From IMG/VR virus record IMGVR_UViG_3300010413_000022, positions 5,703-69,702 of that record: a stretch of DNA of 64,000 nt; one strand, written 5' to 3'. The position numbers were made by a program, and so were the translations under genes. The notes beneath the pieces are model-generated. The model did no database searches. It worked only from the letters and a program-made list of their open reading frames with translations, and was not told where the DNA came from. Source of the stretch: a virus. Of the stretch, positions 18,151 through 28,738 are shown one piece after another; positions within the stretch are counted from its first letter, which is position 1; every line of letters starts with the position of its first letter.

Positions 18151-18651
18151 TTAACCCTCATAAACTAAAAATGCAGGTACATCAGCATCATCACCACCAG
18201 AGCAATAGCCCGGTAAATATAAATCAAGAGCTGAGGCATATCTGCATATGCTGTTTTTTAATTCACTTATTAACTGAGCTGCCTTAACTGCCAATGTTCT
18301 ACCATCCTCAGCCTTGGCATATTCAAACTCAGCCTCTACAACGTCAGCCTTACCTTTTTTGATAAGCCTATTTCCTGCACCGGGTTTAGAGCTAACCTCA
18401 GCATCTCCTCCAACTGTCTTAATAATTTCTTTTATTAATAGCTGGTAAGTGGTTAGTTCAGCCAGAAGAATACGCTCAACACCTGTCCAGTTAGCTTCAT
18501 CCTCAACCTCTGCATCTGTTTTATTCTGCAAAAAAGCATTGAGGTAATACATTTGTTCTGTCTCGAAAGCTTCTATGTTGGTTTCCCATCCTGTTAATGG
18601 AACAAACTTAAGCCTATTGAGAACCATTTCATAAACTGATTGTAGTGCCAT
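18151..18651 (-). CDS. putative head-tail adaptor
   Basis: Synteny after major capsid gene. Confidence 0.55.
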   Translation of the reverse strand: MALQSVYEMVLNRLKFVPLTGWETNIEAFETEQMYYLNAFLQNKTDAEVEDEANWTGVERILLAELTTYQLLIKEIIKTVGGDAEVSSKPGAGNRLIKKGKADVVEAEFEYAKAEDGRTLAVKAAQLISELKNSICRYASALDLYLPGYCSGGDDADVPAFLVYEG

Positions 18652-18667
18652 AAATTTGAGTTTAATT

Positions 18668-18701
18668 AAAAAAAAGCCTACCTAAACATAGGCAGGCTTT
18701 T
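18668..18701 (-). terminator. intrinsic terminator after capsid operon
   Basis: AAAGCCTGCCTA-TGTT-TAGGTAGGCTTT plus T-run. Confidence 0.85.
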
Positions 18702-18728
18702 CACTATTCAAAAATGACTGTTTTGTAT

Positions 18729-19316
18729 TTATTCAGACTTGTCAGCCTTCTTTTCTTCAACAGCTTTTTGGATTTCAGCAAGGTTTTCATCCTTTTTAGC
18801 CGCCCAATTAATGACCTGGTCTGGCTCTTTACCAAGGCGTTTATCTCCAAGGCAAATAAACTCACTGTCATCACTGGTCAAAACCTCCAATTCAATAGCT
18901 TCCTCAACTAAAACCTTAGCTGATTCAGTACGAGCTTCAAGCTCCTTTTCTGCATCAAGCTTAGATTGTAAAGCTTCAATACGCTTATCGAATTTAGTTA
19001 CATCACCTGCTTTCAGTCCGTTTGATTTGGCGTTTTTGGCTTGCTTTTCAGCTTCCTTAACGTCACCGCTATCAAGTGCAGCGTTAAAAAGTTCAATTGC
19101 TAATTTAAGCTTTTCCTCCTTGCTTGACTTAGCCTTACTGTGCGCTCTCTCGTACTCAGCCGCAGATGTTTCAATAAGAACACCTAACTGTATAAGTTTA
19201 CGAACTTCATCAGTTGCGTTAACTTGCTGAGGGATATTCCCCACGATGGAAATGCTTTGTGTGCCTAACCATCGTGAGGAGGTTTTATCTTTACATTTTA
19301 CAAAAATCTTTGCCAT
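18729..19316 (-). CDS. hypothetical charged protein after MCP
   Basis: ORF; K/E-rich helical. Confidence 0.7.
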   Translation of the reverse strand: MAKIFVKCKDKTSSRWLGTQSISIVGNIPQQVNATDEVRKLIQLGVLIETSAAEYERAHSKAKSSKEEKLKLAIELFNAALDSGDVKEAEKQAKNAKSNGLKAGDVTKFDKRIEALQSKLDAEKELEARTESAKVLVEEAIELEVLTSDDSEFICLGDKRLGKEPDQVINWAAKKDENLAEIQKAVEEKKADKSE

Positions 19317-19326
19317 AGTCTAGTGA

Positions 19327-20640
19327 TTAGCTATTTTGAAGATTCTTGAATTGAGTAGCAAGACGTTTGTCAATATCCATGTAGGTTGGGAATCCACCTG
19401 TTTGTCCAGCGGTTGCATTGTAAGCAACTGATTTGTCGATAAGTACCCTTGCATCCCTGCGAAGAATAGCGAAACCAACATAGTCACTAACAAAAATCTC
19501 ATCCTCCTGAGTTTGTGGATTTCTCCTGCGCTCAGTTTTCATACCACGATATTGCAATTTAGCCATTGCCTTTTGAGGAGCAACAAGCATAACCTGATTA
19601 GTTGGCACGGTGTAGATGTCATTATCAAGGCTAAGAACCTTACCAAGAATACCCTGCAAGTTTCCAAGCTTGGTATCACCTGCAAAACCTTTAAATTCCT
19701 CCAAAAGAGAAATGTCAAGACCGTCATCTTCACCTGTAATGATACGAGTAACACTACGGCGTAAACGCTCCATACGTGCAACAACACGCTTAAGGTCTTT
19801 ATATGAGAATTGACTGGTAGTGTCAACTCCAACAACCGGGGCAGATTCAGAACCGTCAGCTTGCTCACCATTTACAAGGATATTGAGAGCTTCAACATCA
19901 GTGGCAAGAGACATATCTGTACCAACTTCACCAAGAAAGTTAAACAGAAGGTTAAGAGAACTAGCTTCTACAAGCTCATCAGTGATTTTGAAACCTGTAC
20001 CTACTTTGTATACCTCAACCTGCTTTTCGCCGAATGAGATAGTACCGAAAGGTATAGATTCACCTTCACCAATTTTACGAGGCGTAGCATTTCCTCTCTT
20101 GATAAGAGGCATTTTAGCTGTTCTCTGGGTTAGGTTCTGAGTTGTTGCAATCCAGTTTTGGTGCATACTCATAGCTTCGTAGTCGGTACGGATAGCTGCA
20201 AGTATTACCTCTGGTATGATCCAACGGAAAGATTTATCAATGTCATCGGTGGTGTTCAAACCATCAAATTCACTGTGTTTTATAAGTAGACTTTCCATGC
20301 TACCAGCAGAAAGGTTGTCTACACCAAATCTGCGAGCCATAGTATACATGGTATCAGAACCACCGTATACCTCCATCTGCTTCAACCAAGTCATTAGGTC
20401 AACACCGTAGTACGCCTGCAAAGCTTGGTTCAAGCTTATATCATTAGCAGCAATCGGGCGACCAAAAGAATCAACCAATCTACCACTACGGGTTTTAAGT
20501 ACTTCACCAACAAAGTCTCCAACGCTGGATTCATAGTGTGACCTAACCTCTTTTTTAGAAAGCGTTCCGGCACTCTTAGCCATAACATTCTTGTTATGAG
20601 TTCTAAGGCTTTTGTACTGTTCTTTTGTTAATTTTAGCAT
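19327..20640 (-). CDS. major capsid protein (HK97 fold)
   Basis: IPEVI, IGEGESIP, K.G....ITDEL motifs; position after protease and decoration genes. Confidence 0.85.
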   Translation of the reverse strand: MLKLTKEQYKSLRTHNKNVMAKSAGTLSKKEVRSHYESSVGDFVGEVLKTRSGRLVDSFGRPIAANDISLNQALQAYYGVDLMTWLKQMEVYGGSDTMYTMARRFGVDNLSAGSMESLLIKHSEFDGLNTTDDIDKSFRWIIPEVILAAIRTDYEAMSMHQNWIATTQNLTQRTAKMPLIKRGNATPRKIGEGESIPFGTISFGEKQVEVYKVGTGFKITDELVEASSLNLLFNFLGEVGTDMSLATDVEALNILVNGEQADGSESAPVVGVDTTSQFSYKDLKRVVARMERLRRSVTRIITGEDDGLDISLLEEFKGFAGDTKLGNLQGILGKVLSLDNDIYTVPTNQVMLVAPQKAMAKLQYRGMKTERRRNPQTQEDEIFVSDYVGFAILRRDARVLIDKSVAYNATAGQTGGFPTYMDIDKRLATQFKNLQNS

Positions 20641-20666
20641 TTCAAAAATTATTTGAGGTTAGAAAA

Positions 20667-21116
20667 TTATTGTTGCACGTGCAGTGAATCAAGAATACCA
20701 ATTCTCATAGATTCTCCGGCAGCTCCACCATTGATGACAATAGCGCAAGAATAGTTACCAGCAGCAGCGGCATCATATTCAGGATAACCATCAGAATCTT
20801 TAGTACCCAAAGGCACTACAAATTGACCGGGGTTTATAGCTCCTGCACCACCGTTAACAACATTTAGTTCCATAGTGAAAAAATCACGTACTGTAACCCT
20901 CTCACCATCAGCTGCACCGACAACAACTACTCCAATGGGTACTTGCGTTGCGGCATCCCGGAGCTTAACTGAGCCGTCAGTGTCTAAGTATACTTCATCC
21001 CCTTTTGACAAGGCAGCTCCTTCGGAGTTAGTAAAGCCATGTTGAAGGGCATCGTGCCGTAAATTCTGAATGACCTGTACGGCAGGGTCTTGAATTGTTC
21101 CTGTTGACATAATCAA
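20667..21116 (-). CDS. capsid decoration / cement protein
   Basis: Gly/Ala-rich, IGVVxxGAADGExVxV; between scaffold and MCP. Confidence 0.65.
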   Translation of the reverse strand: MIMSTGTIQDPAVQVIQNLRHDALQHGFTNSEGAALSKGDEVYLDTDGSVKLRDAATQVPIGVVVVGAADGERVTVRDFFTMELNVVNGGAGAINPGQFVVPLGTKDSDGYPEYDAAAAGNYSCAIVINGGAAGESMRIGILDSLHVQQ

Positions 21117-21128
21117 AAATATTTATGG

Positions 21129-22646
21129 TTAATTTCTGAATTCATAGGCTAAGTCAGGAGCATCATATTTATCATCGCCATTCACTCCACCCTCATCAGT
21201 CTCCTCAGTTGACCTGAAAGAAACCTCTTTAGAACCGCAAGCGGTACATGTAGCTTCAAGCTCTGAAATAGCTGTACCACCGTACTGTTTAGCCAGTGTT
21301 TCCATTGTCTCAAAGTCTTTTTCTTCAAAAGCCCGTTCTATCAATTTAATTGCTTTGGCATCTTCTTCCCTGCCATTCAATTGTAAACGGTAGAACTTAA
21401 AAGCGTTTTCTTTTGCGCTTTCAAGTTTTGTAGTCGCAAACTCAACAAGGGGCTTATCTTCCTCAATTTTTGCCTGAGCAGCATCCAGGTCGGTTTTGAA
21501 TTGGTCTCTATCACCGACAACCTTGTCGTAATCTTCAATTGAACCGACCTTTTCCTTTAACGCAGTTAAGCTGGTATGTTCCTCAGTTGGAACAATGGCA
21601 AAACCTTTAAGGAAGTTCTCAGTGATTTCTTCGGGCTTTTTGTTAAGCCTATGTGCTAAAAATTGTACTACTTTGTCATCCATCGTATTTTCGTTATTTG
21701 GATTATTAACTTGTGTCTGTGTTTTACTGTTTGAGATTTTTGATTTTTCCTGTTTTTCACCTTTTTCAAAAATCCGTTTAACTAAATCTAACTTATTATC
21801 ATTAGATATGCAACTTTCACTTACAAAATACCTGTTTTGTTCTTTATACAGGTTTACAAGAGGGTCTTTGTCGAATTTTGAGTTGCTTACAATAGCAGAT
21901 TTTTCAATATTCAATAAGTTTCCTTCTGTGTCCATTATCTTAGCAAATGGGTCAGCACCCAACCAAACAAGAGATGTTTCATAGAACTCAATTATTTTTG
22001 TTGCTACCCGGCGCACCATTTCACCGTCAACCATTTGACCAATTCTCATTTCAAACAACCACAAATCTTCTTCACCTTCCCGGTTCTCGAACGTGTGTGA
22101 TGGTTCCCATTCAAAAACAACTGTTACTGAAACAGACTGAATGTGTGGCACTGGAAAAGCAGATAATTTACGGCAAATATCAGGGTGAAGTTTACCGTCA
22201 ACAAAAATAGGACCATCAATACCACCCGGCACTTTAGTTCCATCAGGTGCAGTAAAGCCAGGTGTCCATTTTGTTTTTCCTATACCTGCAACTATGTTAG
22301 AAATTTCAAGGTTATGGTTAACATATACAGGTCTATAAGACAACATAGGAGCGGCTGGCTTAAGTACTTTCTCCGGGAATTCAGTAGCCTTCCATGTACC
22401 GCCTCCTACAATTGTAGCAGATAAATGTCTGAATGGATAAGGCAAAAAATCCTCCTCCTTTGGTATAGCATTTTGAATGTCTGGGTTTATTGAGGCTTGT
22501 CTATAATCCTCGTTATCCCATGAGAACTGCATCCTACCCTTATCAAAACCGTAGCTCTTCCAGAGTTGATGCTTCTCATCCTTTGTAAAGCTGGAACGTA
22601 TAAGACTGTTCTCAGCTATAAACGTCAACGAATGTGTTTTTGGCAT
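21129..22646 (-). CDS. prohead protease with scaffold-like C-terminus
   Basis: NH, SVSV, ETSLVWLGADP motifs; coiled-coil tail. Confidence 0.8.
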   Translation of the reverse strand: MPKTHSLTFIAENSLIRSSFTKDEKHQLWKSYGFDKGRMQFSWDNEDYRQASINPDIQNAIPKEEDFLPYPFRHLSATIVGGGTWKATEFPEKVLKPAAPMLSYRPVYVNHNLEISNIVAGIGKTKWTPGFTAPDGTKVPGGIDGPIFVDGKLHPDICRKLSAFPVPHIQSVSVTVVFEWEPSHTFENREGEEDLWLFEMRIGQMVDGEMVRRVATKIIEFYETSLVWLGADPFAKIMDTEGNLLNIEKSAIVSNSKFDKDPLVNLYKEQNRYFVSESCISNDNKLDLVKRIFEKGEKQEKSKISNSKTQTQVNNPNNENTMDDKVVQFLAHRLNKKPEEITENFLKGFAIVPTEEHTSLTALKEKVGSIEDYDKVVGDRDQFKTDLDAAQAKIEEDKPLVEFATTKLESAKENAFKFYRLQLNGREEDAKAIKLIERAFEEKDFETMETLAKQYGGTAISELEATCTACGSKEVSFRSTEETDEGGVNGDDKYDAPDLAYEFRN

Positions 22647-22663
22647 AATTACTGATTTTTAAT

Positions 22664-25117
22664 TTATATTTTGGCTACAATTCTACCCCGGCAAGAGGCA
22701 TGATAAGACGGTGTAGAAAATCCGGCTAATTGCAATTGCTCTGGGTTCAACTTTGTAAACTCATCAATCTTCATAGTAGTAACAAAAGGACTTACTGTAC
22801 CTATTTTATCAGGTGTAAGCTCAATCTTGTTATTGATTTTTGATAGTGCATTGTCAACCTTGAATACCATACCATTCATGAAATTACAGTATTCACAAGT
22901 CCTGTTATCACCTATTTCAATAACCTCATATTCTGTCAATTCTGCCTGACCAATATACCTAATATTTGCATCATTACGAAGATTGTTAACACTGGTGTCA
23001 ATAACCCGGCGTATTTTGTAACTCTCGAAATCAAAAAGTTCACTAAACTGGTTTTTAAACTCCTTTATCTGGTCAGAGTTATTACCAAATGGCAAATCAC
23101 CATTAATATAACTATCTTCCAGATACTTGTACACCTTCTTTTTGGTGCTTTCATCAGTGATAAATTTACCAAGGTACATTGTGTCACTTTCTGCGGCGTA
23201 TTCAATAGCCCGGAAGTCATCGAGACCAAATATTGCATCAGGTATTTCAATTTCCTCAAATCCTACTTTTGTCTTTGCAAATCCTTCCTCACCGGGAAAT
23301 ATCGACCTATCTTTACGGTAATGAGTATAAATTTTTTCGCAGTTTTTTTCACATATAGCATCAATACGGTCGCTAAACTTATCTTCCCATACCCCCAGAA
23401 TGGCTAAATAAACCTGTTCTTGTATAGTTTGTATTGGGCTGGCACTATTTAGCTTTTGTATAGCGTTAACGGCTGCATTAACGGCTGATACGTTAAATTT
23501 GCTATACTGCTCATATACCTGCCCGGCATAACTATTCACAAAATTGTTCATGGTCTTATCATTGAAGTTGCTTGACTTAAGCAACGTCATTGAAGTTCCA
23601 TGGCAATGATTAGTTTCATATAGGAACTCAGGTGTTTTCTTATACAGCCTTTTTGAAATCCTACGAATGTTTTCTTGTGTTTCGTTTTCGTCCATGTTTT
23701 CCTCATCATCATTCTCCGGGTCATTCTCATTATTATTGTTGTTGTTATCTCCCTGAGGAACTGGCTCTGCTTTTTTGTATTCTGGGTCTGCGGCTTCCTC
23801 GTAACCTAGTTCATTGGCAGTTGCTTGCTGGTCAATAATACCACCATCACGAAGTTTAAAAGCATTGTCTATTTCAGTAGACCTTGCAGTTTCCTCAGCT
23901 CCTTTATCCCTAATCATAGCAGGGTCACAAGAAACGCCTGAAATTATATTTGGGTCATAGCCTTTAAGAGCAATGAACATTTTAAAAATATCCTTTGACA
24001 AGCTATTGAGCATATTCTGGTAGTCTTTAACCTGATTGGTCATTTTAGCCATAATTACACGACCAAAAGTTTCAGTTGTTGAAAAGTTCCTGCCTAACAT
24101 GTTTGGATCTTGCTTCAACCCGGCAAATAACATTTGTTCTACAATCTTAACCAAGTTTTGCGCCCCGGTTACATTCATATTGTTCGCTGCAATATTAAAT
24201 TCATGAGAACCTTTAAAACCTACAACCAACCCTTTTGATAGGTTCTTTTGAAGCTGGGGATATACTTTTGTTTCGAGATATTTAAGGCATCTGTTGAAAT
24301 ACGCTTCATCATTTTCATTTGGATTTTTCTTTGGAGGCTCAACTGAGGCTGTTAGAAATCCAAGCATACCTAACTTTTCAATGACAAAGGCCAAATTGCT
24401 TATTATATCATTTTGAATATCAATGGTTCTTATTGCGGTTAAAAATGGAGGTACTGGATAAGGACCTTCTAATAACCTTCTCCAAGCAATGTATTTATAC
24501 TTAATTGTGTTAAGCTTCTTAAGACCGTAATAATTAGCATCAGCGTTTTTGGCGTTTCTAACTTGCTGAAACGGTTCATACTGTTCTGTTTGCTTATTGT
24601 ACATAAACCTTATATACTTTGGAGGAACACGAACCAAACTAATATTATCAAGACTTCTATTTGGTACTATCTCAACTGAAATAGCTCCATTAATTGCAGC
24701 CATAGCCAAGGCATCTGAACGGAAGCTATGGAAGCCTCCTGAGAAACTATACCAATTATCTTTATTATCATTGATAAGTTTCATAACATCTTTTCTAAGT
24801 TTTTCAGCAACGCCGTCAGCAAATTCAATCTCATAAGGTGTGTTTGATAGCTGCACAATATTGTCAACTGCATATCCTACATCTTGGTTATACGCAGCAA
24901 GATTTTCAAGTATAGGTAACCATTCAAGAGAGAAACCCGGTTCAATAGGACTGAATTTACTTGATGTAGCAAACACATCACTTGGCTCTTCTGATTCCCT
25001 ACCCGGTTTAACCTTAGTTACATCAACTTCAAATCCACTAGTTAAAGGTAGAGGGCAATTTTCGTCAACTACATCTTTTTTAAATGGACTTATTATTTGA
25101 TATCCAAAGAATTTCAT
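22664..25117 (-). CDS. portal protein fused to MuF / SPP1 gp7-like head morphogenesis domain
   Basis: Portal-like N-half, acidic linker, C-terminal DNRTCEYC..MNG...PSYHASCRG. Confidence 0.8.
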   Translation of the reverse strand: MKFFGYQIISPFKKDVVDENCPLPLTSGFEVDVTKVKPGRESEEPSDVFATSSKFSPIEPGFSLEWLPILENLAAYNQDVGYAVDNIVQLSNTPYEIEFADGVAEKLRKDVMKLINDNKDNWYSFSGGFHSFRSDALAMAAINGAISVEIVPNRSLDNISLVRVPPKYIRFMYNKQTEQYEPFQQVRNAKNADANYYGLKKLNTIKYKYIAWRRLLEGPYPVPPFLTAIRTIDIQNDIISNLAFVIEKLGMLGFLTASVEPPKKNPNENDEAYFNRCLKYLETKVYPQLQKNLSKGLVVGFKGSHEFNIAANNMNVTGAQNLVKIVEQMLFAGLKQDPNMLGRNFSTTETFGRVIMAKMTNQVKDYQNMLNSLSKDIFKMFIALKGYDPNIISGVSCDPAMIRDKGAEETARSTEIDNAFKLRDGGIIDQQATANELGYEEAADPEYKKAEPVPQGDNNNNNNENDPENDDEENMDENETQENIRRISKRLYKKTPEFLYETNHCHGTSMTLLKSSNFNDKTMNNFVNSYAGQVYEQYSKFNVSAVNAAVNAIQKLNSASPIQTIQEQVYLAILGVWEDKFSDRIDAICEKNCEKIYTHYRKDRSIFPGEEGFAKTKVGFEEIEIPDAIFGLDDFRAIEYAAESDTMYLGKFITDESTKKKVYKYLEDSYINGDLPFGNNSDQIKEFKNQFSELFDFESYKIRRVIDTSVNNLRNDANIRYIGQAELTEYEVIEIGDNRTCEYCNFMNGMVFKVDNALSKINNKIELTPDKIGTVSPFVTTMKIDEFTKLNPEQLQLAGFSTPSYHASCRGRIVAKI

Positions 25118-25305
25118 TTTTCACGTTTTATGAGTGACACAATATAAACTAATCCTACACCTATATAACCGTATAGATTATCATTAGTAATTTTGACCGC
25201 TCCAATTGTAGAAATGACTATTAATATCTGCAAAATATTATTTATCATGTGTCCATACAAATGAAAGAACAGCCTAAGCCTGTGTTTTTTTGGTTTTACT
25301 CTCAT
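25114..25305 (-). CDS. small two-TM membrane protein
   Basis: Two hydrophobic segments; overlaps portal start. Confidence 0.55.
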   Translation of the reverse strand: MRVKPKKHRLRLFFHLYGHMINNILQILIVISTIGAVKITNDNLYGYIGVGLVYIVSLIKREK

Positions 25306-25306
25306 C

Positions 25307-26845
25307 TTAAAATAAGTCGATTGTGTTTAAATTTACTACTAAATCCGTAACTGTAGTTTCAGCAACCCCTTCACATGCAAATACAGCAACATAACCCGGT
25401 CTTAATCTAGGTTTTAATTGTATGAGAATATGCGGATTTACTTCATTTTCAGTAACAATAGTGCTATACAAATATTTAGCATTTGCAAAATCAACACTAG
25501 TTATATTAGCGGCAAGAGCTTTTTCAAGTACACTAATATTAGGTAATATAGGGGTAAATGTAGCGACAATATCAGCCTCCGGGAGCATATAAATATTTAA
25601 TCTTACTGTACGGTTAGCACTGCCAGCCGCTAAAAGATTGATTAAAACATTTTCTATTTTGCTTTGAAATATTCTTGTTGTTGTTCCAACAGCATCAATA
25701 CTATCAAAAGAGGTAAAATTATCTGTTACCCGGTAAGCTGCAACTAAACCACCCCCATCTGTAGGGTCTGTATCTACAGCTAAACTGGCAATACTTATTC
25801 TATCAGCAACATTTCTTCCTGAACTGTCATTTATGTCACGCTTTTCAGCATAATTACCATATTCCATTGAGCCGTTAAACATTTGTAAGTTCACAGTGTT
25901 ACCTTGATTTTCTAAATAGACACCCATAGCTAAATTAGGGTCGTGTATATGGCATGTGTCTTGTTCAAATGTTGAGAAATCTAATAGTTGAGTTCTCCTT
26001 CCAGCAGGGTCAAAATACCATATAATTGATGGATGAATACCGTAAAATCCTAATTGATGTTCAATTATCAAAAGATTTTCATGATTTATTCCATTACCTA
26101 GTAAAATTTCATTCTCATGAGCAACTTGAAAATTTTTATAAACACGTAGAACTTTTTTTGTAACTCCGGAAGCTCTAACAAATCCCCAGCAAATACCGTC
26201 TTTTATCAAATCATGCTGTCCAGTTGTAAATGAGCCTCTTATAAATGCCCCAACAAGAGCCGTAAAATCACCATTTGCAGAATCAATATTTTTGAACGCA
26301 ATTGTATAACCAAAATAAGATATATGTCCGGGTTCATATCTATTAGGCTGCAAACTAGTTAAAAATACTTTTCCGGCTGCATCAGTACCAGATTCCATAA
26401 TACTTACTGAATCTGGGTAAGTAGGGGCTTGTGGATCATTTGGAATATACCATTTTCCAGTAGTGTTAAATGTTTTTTCAATTGCATAAAGAGGCAATCC
26501 TTGTGACCATTTAGCGGCAAGCATAGGAATTCTTTGAGTAGTAGTGAAATCATCACCAAAGAAAGTGCCAGCAATTTTGCCGTTTATAGTATTTATCTCA
26601 CCAGATGTACCAGCTACTACAGCATTGAAGAACTCATAAGTTGCTGAAACAAATTCAGATATGTCAACATAAAAATCTCCTGCAATATTTTTACTTAATG
26701 CAGTAACATCAGAACCATTGTTCAATTGCTTTAATCCATCTACATATATTTTTTTATTATTGCTGTCAACCCTTAAAGCAAATTGACCAGCCGGGGCATA
26801 ACCATTTCCGACTTTCCAACCGTAACTATCTTTATAAAAATCCAT
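25307..26845 (-). CDS. hypothetical beta-rich protein, possibly virion-associated
   Basis: 512 aa, RYEPG motif, first gene of head operon. Confidence 0.7.
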   Translation of the reverse strand: MDFYKDSYGWKVGNGYAPAGQFALRVDSNNKKIYVDGLKQLNNGSDVTALSKNIAGDFYVDISEFVSATYEFFNAVVAGTSGEINTINGKIAGTFFGDDFTTTQRIPMLAAKWSQGLPLYAIEKTFNTTGKWYIPNDPQAPTYPDSVSIMESGTDAAGKVFLTSLQPNRYEPGHISYFGYTIAFKNIDSANGDFTALVGAFIRGSFTTGQHDLIKDGICWGFVRASGVTKKVLRVYKNFQVAHENEILLGNGINHENLLIIEHQLGFYGIHPSIIWYFDPAGRRTQLLDFSTFEQDTCHIHDPNLAMGVYLENQGNTVNLQMFNGSMEYGNYAEKRDINDSSGRNVADRISIASLAVDTDPTDGGGLVAAYRVTDNFTSFDSIDAVGTTTRIFQSKIENVLINLLAAGSANRTVRLNIYMLPEADIVATFTPILPNISVLEKALAANITSVDFANAKYLYSTIVTENEVNPHILIQLKPRLRPGYVAVFACEGVAETTVTDLVVNLNTIDLF

Positions 26846-26891
26846 TTTCCTGAATGGGTATTAATTATCAATATGTTTAACAGATAAGGTA

Positions 26892-26925
26892 CAAAAAAAC
26901 CGGGGCAATAAATAACCCCGGTAAA
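26892..26925 (-). terminator. intrinsic terminator
   Basis: CCGGGG...CCCCGG plus T-run. Confidence 0.8.
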
Positions 26926-26946
26926 TGGAAACTTAAAGTTAGATTG

Positions 26947-27210
26947 TCAACCCTCAATCTTCCTTAAAAGCAATCCACCGTTTTTGACATGCGTAATTTG
27001 GTTATCAGATAATCCTTCATAAGTAGATGGTTTATACCACTCATGAGTAGGTGTTAAATTCTGTTCAACTGTATACATTTGTGATTTTGCATGTCCTTGG
27101 CACTTTGGGCAAAGAATTATAAAGGGAGTAACACCCTCCTCACAATCTCTGGTTATTGTAACATGTAATTTCGGACAAATGTAGGCATTGATTTTCGGTT
27201 TATTTTCCAT
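26947..27210 (-). CDS. small zinc-ribbon protein
   Basis: CPKLH and CPKC motifs. Confidence 0.7.
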   Translation of the reverse strand: MENKPKINAYICPKLHVTITRDCEEGVTPFIILCPKCQGHAKSQMYTVEQNLTPTHEWYKPSTYEGLSDNQITHVKNGGLLLRKIEG

Positions 27211-27264
27211 GATGCGGTTGTTTTAATTCCCTATCAAAATGCCTCACGTTGCTTTCTATTAAGC

Positions 27265-27597
27265 CTAAGTCACTTTTAAGGGTGGTGTTAAACTAACTTT
27301 GAATATGCTTAATTTGCCCTTGTAAGGTACAAAATTAAGTTGAATAGGGTTTTGGAATATCCAGCTTGGAGAAGATAAGGTAACAATTCTACCACCGGGT
27401 TCACAAACCTCATACATGGTAAGTATATGGTCAATATCCTGTCTGTTAGAAAATGGAGGATTTGCAATAATAGTCGCAAAGTGATTTTTATAGCGTTTTG
27501 CTACCTGATTGTAAAGCTTTCTTTCAAGCTGTATCTCTGGTAAAAACACTGTAGTACCTTCAATGGTACATTCTTTTAATACGTCTACTTCTGTCAT
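27265..27597 (-). pseudogene. internally deleted N6-adenine/N4-cytosine DNA methyltransferase remnant
   Basis: IIANPPF..QDIDH..MY....GGR.V present, SAM-binding motif I absent, only 110 aa. Confidence 0.7.
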
Positions 27598-27691
27598 TTT
27601 TGAATTGTTTATTAATTGTTAATTACTGTATTTGTTAGCTAATTCTTTACTGATTGGATTACCAAGTAAAGCCGCTTTATTTATTGAATCT

Positions 27692-28054
27692 TTAAGTTCT
27701 TTTATATAGCGTTAAATCAAATAGTTCCACTGATACACCAATCATAACATGGTCTTCAACCATTGATTGTAATTTATGTTTAATATATGCCTTGGTATGT
27801 ATGTCGCTGCACCGTACAAAGTACAGTATTCTAATGACATGATCAAGCGTTTTGACTTTTAAAACACTAAGGTTTTTAACAGAATCTTCAATGAAATTTT
27901 TTAGTTCATCAATACTACGTAAGGTCATATCTTCCTCACATATTAAATCATCAAATGGATTATCAATAATACCGTTATGGTAACATCTTATTTTATGCCT
28001 GATAATCTCATCAATTTCATTCAACAATTCTCTGTTTTTTTTTCTTTTGTCCAT
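27692..28054 (-). CDS. hypothetical protein
   Basis: ORF coupled to upstream gene. Confidence 0.65.
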   Translation of the reverse strand: MDKRKKNRELLNEIDEIIRHKIRCYHNGIIDNPFDDLICEEDMTLRSIDELKNFIEDSVKNLSVLKVKTLDHVIRILYFVRCSDIHTKAYIKHKLQSMVEDHVMIGVSVELFDLTLYKRT

Positions 28055-28467
28055 TAGAATAGGCTTAATTGTTCACCGGGCGAACCATCATGTACAAATG
28101 GTTTCTTGTTTTCATTTTCAATAACCTTGGCACGAACCTGATTATGTTTTTCAATTACACTCTTAAGATATAGGTATCTTTTGTATTCTTTGTCTGCTCG
28201 TTCCCAGCTTTCCATTAACTGTATATATCGTTGTCTCTCATGTTCGAGATTGTCAAGGTCATCACGGTACTCCTTAGCTGTTTCACTTTCCTTGGCGGTA
28301 AGAAGCTTAAGTATGTCACGGATATTGTTTTGTTCATTGGTTATTCTCTTGTAATGGAACTTGTATGTTTCCATTTCATTTTGATAAGCCTCAATTTGGG
28401 CTGCACCCATGTTATCAAAGTATTTTAACCGTTCATACTCCTCTCTTATTTCTTTGATATTGTCCAT
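28054..28467 (-). CDS. hypothetical coiled-coil protein ending QLSLF
   Basis: ORF; C-terminal QLSLF resembles a beta-clamp-binding motif. Confidence 0.65.
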   Translation of the reverse strand: MDNIKEIREEYERLKYFDNMGAAQIEAYQNEMETYKFHYKRITNEQNNIRDILKLLTAKESETAKEYRDDLDNLEHERQRYIQLMESWERADKEYKRYLYLKSVIEKHNQVRAKVIENENKKPFVHDGSPGEQLSLF

Positions 28468-28679
28468 TCGTCTCTATTTATAATTGCTAAAATCAAAGCT
28501 ATCCAGAAAGCTATTTTACCCAGCAATAAACAAACTATCAATAAGAATATTTGAAATTCTATTGTTGGAGAATGGTCGTAGTGGTTCTTAGCGTATGGCA
28601 GGTATACACCTAAATAGGCAATAAGGAAACCAAGTACTCCCCTGCCAGCCCATGTGTTAAAAAATTCTAGTATTGTCAT
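28446..28679 (-). CDS. small membrane protein (start moved to ATG 28679)
   Basis: Two TM segments; ORF-track TTG start lies inside the promoter. Confidence 0.6.
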   Translation of the reverse strand: MTILEFFNTWAGRGVLGFLIAYLGVYLPYAKNHYDHSPTIEFQIFLLIVCLLLGKIAFWIALILAIINRDEWTISKK

Positions 28680-28697
28680 TGTTGCTGTAATTGTTTT

Positions 28698-28729
28698 ACA
28701 AATATAGTACTTTTTTACTACTGTCAAAA
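28698..28729 (-). promoter_or_regulatory. promoter/operator TTTTGACAGTAGTAAAAAAGTACTATATTTG
   Basis: TAnnTTTG -7 box plus operator; nearly identical to 56892-56923. Confidence 0.75.
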
Positions 28730-28738
28730 TGTTTGATA

